From sequence record MN013077.1: a DNA stretch of 64,000 nucleotides; one strand, given 5' to 3'. The DNA comes from Klebsiella phage vB_KaeM_KaOmega. This document shows positions 25,262 through 34,473 of the stretch, one piece after another. Position 1 is the first letter of the stretch. Each line of letters starts with the position of its first letter. A program made the position numbers and the translations under genes. A model generated the notes under the pieces. The model did not search any database and was not told where the DNA came from. It saw only the letters and a list, made by a program, of their open reading frames with translations.

Positions 25262-25717
25262 TTAACCCCTTTTCAGATGGAACTTTTTGAGTTCAACTAT
25301 GAAATTGCGTTCTGTTTCCGTAAAGTCTACCCACTGGCAGAAATCACCTTCCTCGAAGTACCCCGCCGGGGCCTCGCCGTCCTCGTCCAGCTTCACGTCG
25401 TAAAAGTAATCTGGCAGAACGAAGGCAATAGCCGTCAGTGCTCCGTTCAGTGCATCTTCTTCCTCGTGGAAGTAGGCATACGGGATGGAATTTGGAATCT
25501 TGTCCGCAAATTCATACATACGCTGCTGGTATCCTCCATCGAGTACGATGAAGGTCTTGTCCTTCTTCAGCCACTGGTCGATCAGTTTTACCTTCGGATT
25601 GTCCCGAGGCTCATCGGAGTAATCCGCAATCAGTTCGCAGGCGGCGTGTCCGGCTTGGATTCCTGCCTGGATACCCATGATATACTGATTCACCAAGAAA
25701 TACATGCGAGTCTTCAC
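25262..25717 (-). CDS. Pth2-like peptidyl-tRNA hydrolase family protein (151 aa; motif MGIQAGIQAGHAA)
   Basis: resembles the GKGKIAAQ.GHAA motif of PTH2; assignment tentative. Confidence 0.5.
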   Translation of the reverse strand: MKTRMYFLVNQYIMGIQAGIQAGHAACELIADYSDEPRDNPKVKLIDQWLKKDKTFIVLDGGYQQRMYEFADKIPNSIPYAYFHEEEDALNGALTAIAFVLPDYFYDVKLDEDGEAPAGYFEEGDFCQWVDFTETERNFIVELKKFHLKRG

Positions 25718-26037
25718 TCTTTACCTCCGAAAATTTTACGGGCCAATTCCTCATTGCCGATCGTGTGGTTCCAAATCCAGCAGACGATTTCGATAATCCA
25801 AGCCACAACATAAAACAGGACCAGCAGGCTCCAACCAAGAGGCCACAACACCGCCATCAGGAACCACCCAAGCATCAGTAGGCTCCAGTCCACATTTTTG
25901 TGGTTCAACGGATCAAGCAGATTACCGTCAAATTTACGAGGCATCTGGATATACCACCCGCACTGGCGTAGCTTAATGCCTAAAAACCAAAGCACGGCAC
26001 TAATACAGACGCCAAGTAGGTAAATTTGAATCGTCAT
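25714..26037 (-). CDS. membrane protein (107 aa, 3 TM, Trp-rich)
   Basis: ORF track. Confidence 0.5.
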   Translation of the reverse strand: MTIQIYLLGVCISAVLWFLGIKLRQCGWYIQMPRKFDGNLLDPLNHKNVDWSLLMLGWFLMAVLWPLGWSLLVLFYVVAWIIEIVCWIWNHTIGNEELARKIFGGKE

Positions 26038-27322
26038 ATCCTTCCTCCTCTCTTAATTTTTTGATTTCTGCCTTAACCCGGGTCAGGGCACGGGCAACGT
26101 ATTTTACTTTCATCGCTCGGATCTCAGAAGAGATTAATTCACGGCGACCTGCGAGCCTTGTGGAGATCTCTTTGCTTTTCTCGGAGATTTCCAGTCGGTT
26201 CTTATGCAACTCAACAGCACAGGCCCATAATACATGAGGCTGGTCGTAGATGTCAAACATTTTCTCCGGGCCACGGCCCCGGGCATCACACAGACAAGCC
26301 TCGATGAATTTCAGTGCGAACTGATTTTCCTGCGGCTTATGAGCCTTTATGCGTTCAATCAGGTCAAACACCTTTCGAGGCTTCAGGTCCATGATCCTGT
26401 GCAGCCGAGTATGGTCAGCACAAACACGGTGAGCCAGGTCAGCCCATTTGTTCGGTACGCCGAATCGATCACCCAGTTGTGCAACCAACCCGAGACCGAA
26501 CTCTTCGTGCCCGTGCAGGTTCCCGTACTCAAAATACTGGACCTTTCCTAAGTCGTGGCACAGGACTGCCCATTTCACCTCCGGTGACGAAATGATGCGC
26601 TGGGCATAGTCCAAACACAGCAGCGTGTGAACGTATGCGTCACCCTCGGGGTGGTGAGCTTTCGGCTGCAATGCACCCCGCAGGTTAGCCACCTCTGGCA
26701 TTTCTCCAAGGTTGCAGAGCATGTCGATCATTAATGATGGTCGGTTATCATTACTCTGGTCCTCGAAGCATTTGCGGATCTCTGCCATCTTACGCTCTTT
26801 CGGCAGCGCTGCCAAGGTCGCCTTTGCACTCTCACAAATGAACATCGTTGAGTGGTCCACGACGAACTTGCCGCCGAAGCGGGCTAAGAAGCGGGCCAGT
26901 CGGTAGATGCGGAGAGGGTCTTCACGCATCGCTGCCGCTGACACGTTCCGAAGTACACCCTTCTGGATATCACGGATACCGCCGTATGGGTCGATGTATT
27001 CCCCGGTATCGAGATCCTTTGCGATCGCATTAATGGTCAGGTCCCGGCGGGCCAAGTCCTCTTGGATCGTCACGTCTGGACTGAACATTACCTCAAAGTC
27101 ATGGTATCCGTCACCCGTGGAACTCTCAGTACGGGCCAGGGCATACTCTTCCTTCGTTTCCGGGTGCAGGTAGACTGGGAAAGCCGCCCCGACTTGTTCA
27201 AAACCGGAGGCGATCATGTCTTCGTGGGTGGAGCCGACCACGACGTAATCACGGTCCTTACTCTCAACACCCATCAGTTCATCGCGGACCGCCCCGCCAA
27301 CTAAATAAACTTTCATAGCCAT
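26000..27322 (-). CDS. cca: tRNA nucleotidyltransferase (CCA-adding enzyme) with C-terminal HD domain
   Basis: N-terminal GGAVRD...D.D NTase head, class II CCA-enzyme body and an HD phosphohydrolase region; 440 aa. Confidence 0.85.
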   Translation of the reverse strand: MAMKVYLVGGAVRDELMGVESKDRDYVVVGSTHEDMIASGFEQVGAAFPVYLHPETKEEYALARTESSTGDGYHDFEVMFSPDVTIQEDLARRDLTINAIAKDLDTGEYIDPYGGIRDIQKGVLRNVSAAAMREDPLRIYRLARFLARFGGKFVVDHSTMFICESAKATLAALPKERKMAEIRKCFEDQSNDNRPSLMIDMLCNLGEMPEVANLRGALQPKAHHPEGDAYVHTLLCLDYAQRIISSPEVKWAVLCHDLGKVQYFEYGNLHGHEEFGLGLVAQLGDRFGVPNKWADLAHRVCADHTRLHRIMDLKPRKVFDLIERIKAHKPQENQFALKFIEACLCDARGRGPEKMFDIYDQPHVLWACAVELHKNRLEISEKSKEISTRLAGRRELISSEIRAMKVKYVARALTRVKAEIKKLREEEGYDDSNLPTWRLY

Positions 27323-27459
27323 TCCCTCTGTTGATAGCCTTTCTTAAACCCGGTCTCCCAGTCTTCAAACTGCACAGTCCCGGGGCGATATGGATTTTTG
27401 TTCTCAAACATTCCGTTCTTGAATCCCCAGTCGTGGCCCTCCATGTACTCTTTTGTCAT
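27313..27459 (-). CDS. possible small protein (48 aa) MTKEYMEGHDWGFKNGMFENKNPYRPGTVQFEDWETGFKKGYQQREWL
   Basis: manual ORF; ATGA overlaps at both ends; GAGGAGA RBS-like sequence. Confidence 0.45.
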   Translation of the reverse strand: MTKEYMEGHDWGFKNGMFENKNPYRPGTVQFEDWETGFKKGYQQREWL

Positions 27460-27788
27460 ACTCGCTCTCCTCGTAAGTTTACTGACCAGCGCTCAATATC
27501 CTTTTCCCAATCCATCGTGCGCTTTGGCATCTCTTTCTCACCACGCAGGTATCTTAGAATATTCAGCGGGTGCTTGTCAACAAAAGAAATGTCACTGAAC
27601 GGGTCGTACTCTCCACGAAGCATGTTCTCGAATCGAGTGAACTCGTTATCGGCCTTCGGTTCAATAGTCATCACGTCGAAATCATCGTGTGGGCGAGAAG
27701 GATCATGAGGGTACACGATCATTTCATACCCGGACAGGGTTCTGGCTTTCTTTGTAAACACCGGGCGGTAAAAAATGTCGTATTTCAT
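27456..27788 (-). CDS. hypothetical protein (110 aa)
   Basis: ORF track 27456..27854; ATG at 27788 with GAGGAGACAATC RBS-like sequence (the track start lies inside a terminator). Confidence 0.55.
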   Translation of the reverse strand: MKYDIFYRPVFTKKARTLSGYEMIVYPHDPSRPHDDFDVMTIEPKADNEFTRFENMLRGEYDPFSDISFVDKHPLNILRYLRGEKEMPKRTMDWEKDIERWSVNLRGERV

Positions 27789-27841
27789 GATTGTCTCCTC
27801 TTCAATGACTGCCATTATACACATCGCTGAACGCAATGCAA

Positions 27842-27874
27842 CAAAAAAGGCCACCTTCGGGTGGCCTTTTTATT
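27842..27874. terminator. bidirectional terminator AAAAAGGCCACCTTCGGGTGGCCTTTTT
   Basis: perfect GC hairpin with A and T tracts. Confidence 0.75.
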
Positions 27875-28385
27875 ATTTTGGGGATATCCAGTAGAAGGGT
27901 TTCGGAAGATCCAGTTTTTTCTTCGGGTCCCAAATGAAATACCCGTATCCGGCACCATCTGTTTTACCGTCTTCCGTGAAGGAAGGGCGTTTGGAAAGAG
28001 TCACCAAATGATCAAGAGGGTACTGTTTCCAGAAATCCTCTCGACGCATACTCTCCAAGAACCCCAAGCGAAGAAGCATGATTACAACATCTGCATCCTT
28101 GTGGGCCTTCTCCACGAACTCCTGTGCCAGCGAGTAAGGCGGGTTGGTTATAATGCAATCCACACGATCGTAAGAAGTATTAAGATAATCAACACCGTCC
28201 CTGATCTCTCCCCACGCCGAACCGATCGGCAGTTCGTTGTAAAAGCGCCCGGAGGCGCGACACGGTTCCATGTAGGTCCAGCCCTTTCGGATTGGAATCA
28301 GGTCGAACAGACATTTAACAGCCCACTCCGGGGTTTCGTACACGTCGAAAGCCTTACGTTCGCCCTTTGGCTTCAATGCCGCCAT
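27873..28385 (-). CDS. DNA N6-adenine methyltransferase (170 aa; phage Dam-like, motif IV NPPY)
   Basis: CIITNPPY motif and small phage N6A-MTase architecture. Confidence 0.8.
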   Translation of the reverse strand: MAALKPKGERKAFDVYETPEWAVKCLFDLIPIRKGWTYMEPCRASGRFYNELPIGSAWGEIRDGVDYLNTSYDRVDCIITNPPYSLAQEFVEKAHKDADVVIMLLRLGFLESMRREDFWKQYPLDHLVTLSKRPSFTEDGKTDGAGYGYFIWDPKKKLDLPKPFYWISPK

Positions 28386-29398
28386 TAATCTTCCTCTCCA
28401 ACATAGAACTGACTGCCTGCCAGGATTTCTTCAATCAAGCACTCCAGTGCCTGCTGACGAGTATTCTGCGAAGGATCGAGGTCAAGACCAAAGGCAACAC
28501 CAATCTCCTCGATCTCGTCCATATTGTACTCATCGAAATCTTTCGGGCACAAGGTGCTCAGGCGGAACACTTTTTTGTAACCGTCGTCCAGAGTGATGTC
28601 GAACTCGTCTCCCTGCGGGAAGTCTTCCGCTGACTTCACTTTTGTTTCTGGGAACGGCATGGATACAACCTCCGTGGTTGGCTTACCTTGCCCTTTGACC
28701 ACCAAATCCCACCACTCTTTTGGTGATAAATCACCACGTGCCTCTTCACAAGTGGTTGCGCCATATCCCACCAACCCTCCGTCGGGGGTCTTCATCAAAA
28801 CCCCAGGCTTTCCATTATCATTGACAATGGCGATTTCAGGTTGATTAGGTGCAGCCTTCTCCAGCCTTTCACGCATCTCTTCTGCGGTCAGGTAGATTTC
28901 CCCTGCACGTTCGAACAACTCAGCCAGTTCAATAGGTGTCAGGACCTCAGCCATCATCCCGTAGAACTTCTCTTTGAAGAGACGTTCATAAAACTTGCTA
29001 CGGGCGATCACGTGGGCACTATCACCACCAGACCCCAACTGAACGTTGTGGAACATGAAATAACAACCGTCTTCGCAAATACGCTCGTCCCCTGCCAGGA
29101 AGATCGTGGTTGCTGCACTGGCGCATTCACCGATAGCACGAGTAATGATCTTCGCCTTGCTGTCACGGAAAGCAGCGAGGTACATGTCGGCAATGTCTAC
29201 GCGCCCGCCCGGGGACGTAATCAGGATTTCAATAACATCCTCTTCCTCTGCGGTCCGAATCATGTCCAAACCCTCGAAGTGGTTTCGCGGATCGTTGTCC
29301 AGTTCGGTCACATAGAGACGCCAGTCACGGCGCTCTTGAGGGGTACACCACAGATTACCACGGTAAGTCTGGTCAACGGTATCAAATTGCTCTTCCAT
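28385..29398 (-). CDS. ClpP-family serine protease-like protein (337 aa)
   Basis: ITSPGGRVD...GECASAATTIFLAG resembles the ClpP/S14 active-site region; long acidic C-terminal extension. Confidence 0.7.
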   Translation of the reverse strand: MEEQFDTVDQTYRGNLWCTPQERRDWRLYVTELDNDPRNHFEGLDMIRTAEEEDVIEILITSPGGRVDIADMYLAAFRDSKAKIITRAIGECASAATTIFLAGDERICEDGCYFMFHNVQLGSGGDSAHVIARSKFYERLFKEKFYGMMAEVLTPIELAELFERAGEIYLTAEEMRERLEKAAPNQPEIAIVNDNGKPGVLMKTPDGGLVGYGATTCEEARGDLSPKEWWDLVVKGQGKPTTEVVSMPFPETKVKSAEDFPQGDEFDITLDDGYKKVFRLSTLCPKDFDEYNMDEIEEIGVAFGLDLDPSQNTRQQALECLIEEILAGSQFYVGEED

Positions 29399-29874
29399 CA
29401 GGCCCCCTTGTTCAGTTCAGTACGGACACGAATGTGGTTCTGGAGAATCCACTCGATAACCTGCGAGCGGTCAGAGTCCACGATCACTTCATGGTGACGC
29501 TTAAACATATCGAGAATCTTCTGTGCCTCTACGGCGTATCGCGCCGCCCGGTCGATAAACAGCAAACGATCCTTTGCTTCGCTGGTCACCGGACAGAGTT
29601 CACTCGGAACCTCGATGTCCGACAGGTGGTCAACAATTTCCTGGCGTTCAGAGAACATCAGGTTCACCTCTTGGTCGATCGGCATAGAGAGGTTGAACAG
29701 TTTGTACCAAAAGCCTGTTTTAACATTCTGCTTACGGATGGCGATGATCTCTTCCTTCATGTTGAGAAAGAGGAGTTCTGCCAGATCCTCAAGGCGTTCG
29801 GCATCCACCGCGCCACAGTTTTTAAGCTCCATCAGCTTACGATGTTCAACCGTAGCGAAAATACCCTTATCCAT
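29398..29874 (-). CDS. hypothetical protein (158 aa)
   Basis: ORF track 29398..29955; ATG at 29874 with AAGGGAGAG RBS-like sequence. Confidence 0.5.
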   Translation of the reverse strand: MDKGIFATVEHRKLMELKNCGAVDAERLEDLAELLFLNMKEEIIAIRKQNVKTGFWYKLFNLSMPIDQEVNLMFSERQEIVDHLSDIEVPSELCPVTSEAKDRLLFIDRAARYAVEAQKILDMFKRHHEVIVDSDRSQVIEWILQNHIRVRTELNKGA

Positions 29875-29884
29875 AAACTCTCCC

Positions 29885-30232
29885 TTAGATACCGACGAGG
29901 TAGTGAAATTTTCCGTCATCTGACGTAATTTTGTCAATAACGTAGTACCACTCATTGATACCTCGCTTAACAGGAATGCTTACCCGGTCCCCCGGTGACA
30001 ACTGCACGTCCGACACGTGCTCAATCGCCTCTCGGAAATAACGCCAGTGTGTCATCTCCTTGAAAGCACAGATCCGCTTGTTGGACCCATCCACGGTCCA
30101 AAGCGCTTGGTTGGCCCACTGGCCTACCGACCACTTCCCGGTCTTCTTATCCTTACCCAGTGCATAGGCGCTGTTAAGGTTATTCCGATTTAATGCCACG
30201 CTTGTTCTCCATACTGACCAAAAACTTCTCAA
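29885..30232 (-). CDS. hypothetical protein (115 aa)
   Basis: ORF track. Confidence 0.45.
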   Translation of the reverse strand: MRSFWSVWRTSVALNRNNLNSAYALGKDKKTGKWSVGQWANQALWTVDGSNKRICAFKEMTHWRYFREAIEHVSDVQLSPGDRVSIPVKRGINEWYYVIDKITSDDGKFHYLVGI

Positions 30233-30776
30233 GGACTTCGTGGTTTTTATCGTGCAGAAGGTTCAAGGTACGGATACCCTGCTTCTTCGCCAGATTTACC
30301 GCCGTCGCCGTTCCACCTTTCGGGTCTCCCTTCTTGGTTTCGAGGGCGTAATATAGCACAAATTTACTCTGGTTCAAGTACGCATTGCCAAGATCGGCAC
30401 CGAACAACTGGTGTACGTTCCGTTCATGGAGCTTGCGAGCACCTTGGGATAACCTCTCCCACCCACCATGCACTTCCTTCACCCAATCCCAACGCATCTC
30501 TGCGTGTTCCGGGAACTGTCTGTCCACAGCGTCCAAAGTGATGTCCCACGTATTGACAAGGCCATCACCACCTGTGAAACCTCTCCAAGGAATGAAGATC
30601 TCACATTTTGCACCTTCAAATCTCTGCGCTCCACGTTGGAACGCCGCATCTGCCCCGGCAGCTTTACCGGAACGCAAAACAAACCCCATGCGGGCCAGTC
30701 GGTAAGCGGCGTCCTCCATGACGCCTACGACTTCAGCCGGGGTTTCACGGGAACCAATCCCGGTGTATGCCGTCAT
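30180..30776 (-). CDS. DprA/Smf-like (SLOG-type) Rossmann-fold protein (198 aa)
   Basis: GIGSRETP...SGKAAGADAAFQRGA matches the DprA/LOG-like nucleotide-binding signature. Confidence 0.55.
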   Translation of the reverse strand: MTAYTGIGSRETPAEVVGVMEDAAYRLARMGFVLRSGKAAGADAAFQRGAQRFEGAKCEIFIPWRGFTGGDGLVNTWDITLDAVDRQFPEHAEMRWDWVKEVHGGWERLSQGARKLHERNVHQLFGADLGNAYLNQSKFVLYYALETKKGDPKGGTATAVNLAKKQGIRTLNLLHDKNHEVLEKFLVSMENKRGIKSE

Positions 30777-30778
30777 TA

Positions 30779-31525
30779 TTACTCCTGATTTAAGTCACGC
30801 TCCCGCGCCTTAACCACTGCCTTACAGAACGGGCTACGGACGATATCGTCACTGGAACCTTCAACAAACTCTGCCAGATGGAAGAGATTGTGACGATCGA
30901 TAAACTCAATCGCCCAGTCCAGCCCGGATTCACGGCCCTTCATGTCGTTCTGAGTGACATCCCCCAGGCAGAACATTTTGGAACCCTCACCCAGTCGTGT
31001 CATGATCGTGTATGCAGTCTCTTCGTCCGTGTTCTGGAACTCGTCGATGATAACCACAGAATCCTCAAAGGATCGACCACGCACGTACTCCAGAGGAACG
31101 AACTCAATGTTCTTGTTGTTCAACTGGGTCTCGTAGTAGTTCGCTCCGTAGCGATCCTTGACCACCTGAACCAGCGCCGCGAGGTACGGTTCAAATTTCT
31201 CTCGGATATCGCCCGGCAGCAGGCCCAAACTGTTACCCATGCCCACGGTTGGGCGGGACAGGACGATCTTTTTAATCTTCCCAGATTTGAGCCAGTCAAT
31301 GACGGTACTCATCACAACGAAAGTCTTACCAGTGCCAGCGGGGCCGTTGACAAACACGGCATCCTTCTGGTTTACCGCGCTCAAAAGGCTTTTCTGGAAG
31401 TGGGTACGGGTTTGGATAGCCTTAGCCAGTTCCACCTCTTCCTTGGCACGTGGTGTTACCACACGCTCACGGCTTGCCTTCTTCTCACGGCGAGATTGAC
31501 GCTCTTGACGATTGTTATGACGCAT
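30779..31525 (-). CDS. phoH: PhoH-like ATPase
   Basis: Walker A GPAGTGKT within a PhoH-type domain. Confidence 0.85.
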   Translation of the reverse strand: MRHNNRQERQSRREKKASRERVVTPRAKEEVELAKAIQTRTHFQKSLLSAVNQKDAVFVNGPAGTGKTFVVMSTVIDWLKSGKIKKIVLSRPTVGMGNSLGLLPGDIREKFEPYLAALVQVVKDRYGANYYETQLNNKNIEFVPLEYVRGRSFEDSVVIIDEFQNTDEETAYTIMTRLGEGSKMFCLGDVTQNDMKGRESGLDWAIEFIDRHNLFHLAEFVEGSSDDIVRSPFCKAVVKARERDLNQE

Positions 31526-31540
31526 AGTACCTCCTAACGA

Positions 31541-31924
31541 TTAGGGATATTGCTTAAATGGAAGCTGGAAGTGTGGACCATCCTTAAAGGTGGTCCAGTC
31601 ACCGCCCCATTCAAGCGGTACGCCGAGTTCCTTCGCTGCTGCCTTCATAGCATCCGCCAGAGGATAGTAATACTTCCAATCCCAACTGACTTTGCCATCA
31701 ACCAGAGGCCAAAGATCCACTGCGTGGCCTGTCAAGTGACGACTATTCATCGTCTTGCTCTTGCCCTCGGCAACGTACTTACGCTGGGTTTCGATGGTCC
31801 GAAGACCCTCCCCAACGGTGAAGTCCCGGTCTACCTTAGTCAGTGCAAGTTTGACAACCTTAACGAGGTCCGGATGGACCCCTTTCAGGCGCTCAAGGCT
31901 ACGTTTGCCCAGTACAAATGCCAT
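31541..31924 (-). CDS. peptidase M15 family L-alanyl-D-glutamate endopeptidase (endolysin)
   Basis: SRHLTGHAVDL...DG..DW zinc-ligand pattern of T5-type endolysins. Confidence 0.75.
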   Translation of the reverse strand: MAFVLGKRSLERLKGVHPDLVKVVKLALTKVDRDFTVGEGLRTIETQRKYVAEGKSKTMNSRHLTGHAVDLWPLVDGKVSWDWKYYYPLADAMKAAAKELGVPLEWGGDWTTFKDGPHFQLPFKQYP

Positions 31925-31932
31925 ATTACTCC

Positions 31933-32346
31933 TTATTGCAGGGTTGGCTTACTTACGACGCCATAAAGAAGCTCCTGCTGCACTTCCTCAAGCGCCGGGA
32001 TGATCTGGAGATTCATCTCCGAGATCGCATCCTGATACAGAAGATCAGAATGATATTGCTTCAGATAAACCGGATTCAGCGCCGCCAAATGCTCGGTGAA
32101 GATGTTCCGCAGTTTATTGTGATAATCTTCCCCGGCAAGAAGATTGACCAGCTTTTCTTGGTCACGAATGCGGCGAACATCATCTGCCGTCTTGTCTTCG
32201 ATATCCTGAAGAAACTCCAGAGTCTCCTCAGCCACCTCAAGCTGCGGGTCGATATTCATTGCCGCCAGTCGGTCCGCCACGATGTGTACCAGATCCAGAT
32301 GCGCTGCGTCCGGAGAAACTACGGTATTCTCAGCCAGTTCACTCAT
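31933..32346 (-). CDS. hypothetical acidic protein (137 aa)
   Basis: ORF track 31933..32412; ATG at 32346 with AAGGAGAAGGG RBS-like sequence. Confidence 0.55.
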   Translation of the reverse strand: MSELAENTVVSPDAAHLDLVHIVADRLAAMNIDPQLEVAEETLEFLQDIEDKTADDVRRIRDQEKLVNLLAGEDYHNKLRNIFTEHLAALNPVYLKQYHSDLLYQDAISEMNLQIIPALEEVQQELLYGVVSKPTLQ

Positions 32347-32356
32347 TCCCTTCTCC

Positions 32357-32647
32357 TTACAGTTCGCCAATGTCGAAATCGCCAGCTTTGACGACTTCTT
32401 TTTCAGACTCAAAGTGAGCCACTAACTCAGTGTACCCGCCGATGTAACGATCGTCAAGGAAAATCTGCGGCACTGTGGCAGCAGGTCGCCCCGTCGCATC
32501 TTTCACCCAAGCGTTCATTTGCATGAAGAACACTTCGTCCTCCAGAACATCCTTGTACGTGAACTCCAACAGTTTGGACTGAAGCAGTTCCTTGGCCCGC
32601 ACACAGTACGGGCAGTTTTCCTTACCGAACACTGTAAAGTACATCAA
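32357..32647 (-). CDS. glutaredoxin/NrdH-like redoxin (CPYC active site)
   Basis: KENCPYCVRAKELL motif; lies next to nrdAB. Confidence 0.75.
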   Translation of the reverse strand: MMYFTVFGKENCPYCVRAKELLQSKLLEFTYKDVLEDEVFFMQMNAWVKDATGRPAATVPQIFLDDRYIGGYTELVAHFESEKEVVKAGDFDIGEL

Positions 32648-32868
32648 ACCTCCACGAACATAGCCAATACGGGCGACTTGGCATCGAAGTAATCTACGTG
32701 CGCCTCCAGCGGACCGTGGTTCTCAAAAGTCCCCAACGTGTGAGGGATGCCGTCAGCGTCATAGACCAAGTTCAGGTCTTTGCTGTATTTGTACACAGAA
32801 CCCGGCTTAAACGGGTTATCCATACTCTTTGCTGCCACTTTGCAATAGACATCCTGCAAATCTTCCAT
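32644..32868 (-). CDS. hypothetical protein (74 aa)
   Basis: ORF track; ATGA overlap. Confidence 0.55.
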   Translation of the reverse strand: MEDLQDVYCKVAAKSMDNPFKPGSVYKYSKDLNLVYDADGIPHTLGTFENHGPLEAHVDYFDAKSPVLAMFVEV

Positions 32869-33089
32869 TATTCCTCCACGATTTCAAAAGTTGCCACAAT
32901 CGCGCTGTCTTCATCGCAACAAGCGGCACGAACCGTAACCCCATCAGGTTCTAATTCCCAGTTGTGATCAGTTTCGTCGATGGAATCGTTGTCAGCAACG
33001 CCATACTCCAAGTCTGCCCCGTACACCTTTCCGATGGTGAAGAATTTTCCATACCCATTACCAACGGTCTTACATTTCAGCTTTGCCAT
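32868..33089 (-). CDS. hypothetical protein (73 aa)
   Basis: ORF track 32868..33128; ATG at 33089 with AAGGAGG RBS-like sequence. Confidence 0.55.
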   Translation of the reverse strand: MAKLKCKTVGNGYGKFFTIGKVYGADLEYGVADNDSIDETDHNWELEPDGVTVRAACCDEDSAIVATFEIVEE

Positions 33090-33099
33090 AAAAACCTCC

Positions 33100-34197
33100 T
33101 TACAGGTCCATATTGAAGTCGGACGCACTCATTGAAGAATCAACCTGACCGGACAGATACTGACCGTTCTCGGTTTCCTGTGGTGTTACTTGGACGTTCC
33201 CGGTGTTCAGGTGGCTGTTGATCCACGGGATGGGGTTCTTGGTCGGCTTGCCGATCAGTTCACCCAGGCCAACTGCTCGCATACGCTGGTCGGTGATGTA
33301 GTCGATATAACCGTCCAGCATACCTTTGTTCAGACCGATCATAGAACCGTCTTTGAACAGGAAGCTGCCCCAGTCTTTCTCCTGCACCGATGCGTCGATA
33401 AAGCCCTGTCGTGCCTCTTCGTAGCAATCTTCTGCCACACGTGCAAACAGGTCACCTTCGTTACCGTTCTGCATTTCTTTCAGCATATACTGAGTTCCAG
33501 ACAAATGCAAGGCTTCATCACGTGCAATCAGTTCGATAATGTTGGTATTGCCCAGCATCACTCCGCGCTCACCAAAAGCAAACGAGCAGGCAAAGCTCAC
33601 GTAGAAGCGGATCGCTTCCAGTGCGTTGATATTGTGCAGGCACAGGTACAGCGCACGGGCATGGGTGTACGGATCAACCGGAAGGTTCAGGGCCTTGCGG
33701 CAGTTCAGTTCGTACAGATCATCATACATCTTCGTCACCGCTTCAGCGCGGGCGATAATCTCCGGAGACTTCATGATATCGTCAAAGACGATCGATGGGT
33801 CAGCCAAGATGTTGCGGATGATGTGGGTGTATGAGCGAGAGTGGATTGTCTCACTAAACGCCCAAGTCTCAACCCAAGTTTCCAGGGTGGTGTCGGATAC
33901 GATCGGCAGAAGGACTGCGTTCGGCCCACGGCCCTGTACAGAATCCAGAAGGATCTGGTACTTCAGGTTACTGATGAAGATGTGCTTCTCGTGATCCGGC
34001 AGGTTCATGTAGTCGATTCGGTCACGAGTGACGTTCACCTCTTCAGGACGCCAGAAGAACGCCAGTTGCTTCTCAATCAGCTTCTCGAACTTGGCATGTT
34101 TCTGCTGGTCATAACGAGAAACGTTCGGTGTCTCGCCGAGGAACATCGGCTGAGTCAGGAAGTCGAATTTGTTCTGGTTGAAAGTGCTGTAAGACAT
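33100..34197 (-). CDS. nrdB: ribonucleoside-diphosphate reductase beta subunit
   Basis: ferritin-like di-iron R2 sequence; ATG at 34197 with a strong RBS-like sequence. Confidence 0.9.
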   Translation of the reverse strand: MSYSTFNQNKFDFLTQPMFLGETPNVSRYDQQKHAKFEKLIEKQLAFFWRPEEVNVTRDRIDYMNLPDHEKHIFISNLKYQILLDSVQGRGPNAVLLPIVSDTTLETWVETWAFSETIHSRSYTHIIRNILADPSIVFDDIMKSPEIIARAEAVTKMYDDLYELNCRKALNLPVDPYTHARALYLCLHNINALEAIRFYVSFACSFAFGERGVMLGNTNIIELIARDEALHLSGTQYMLKEMQNGNEGDLFARVAEDCYEEARQGFIDASVQEKDWGSFLFKDGSMIGLNKGMLDGYIDYITDQRMRAVGLGELIGKPTKNPIPWINSHLNTGNVQVTPQETENGQYLSGQVDSSMSASDFNMDL

Positions 34198-34267
34198 TGT
34201 TTTCTCCTTTTCTCTAAACTTGTGGTCCATTATACAGATGCCGGACCAAGTGTCAACACCCTAAGAC

Positions 34268-34298
34268 AGAAAAACCGCCCCGAAGGGCGGTTTACTAT
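34268..34298. terminator. terminator AACCGCCCCGAAGGGCGGTT with A/T flanks
   Basis: seen in sequence. Confidence 0.65.
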
Positions 34299-34465
34299 TT
34301 CAGGATTCTCTGCATATCCCGGTATATCGCCCGGTGATCCCTACAGGAGCACAAGTTTACACGATACCCGTTGTTGAGGACATCCTTTTTCATCCCTGCG
34401 TCGTAATCCTTGGTCCAACTAATCATCCGCCAGCGGCGGTAGATGAACCACCATAACACAGTCAT
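34295..34465 (-). CDS. possible small Trp/Arg-rich protein (56 aa) between nrdA and the terminator
   Basis: ORF track 34295..34501; ATG at 34465 with AAGGGG RBS-like sequence. Confidence 0.4.
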   Translation of the reverse strand: MTVLWWFIYRRWRMISWTKDYDAGMKKDVLNNGYRVNLCSCRDHRAIYRDMQRILK

Positions 34466-34473
34466 ACGGCCCC

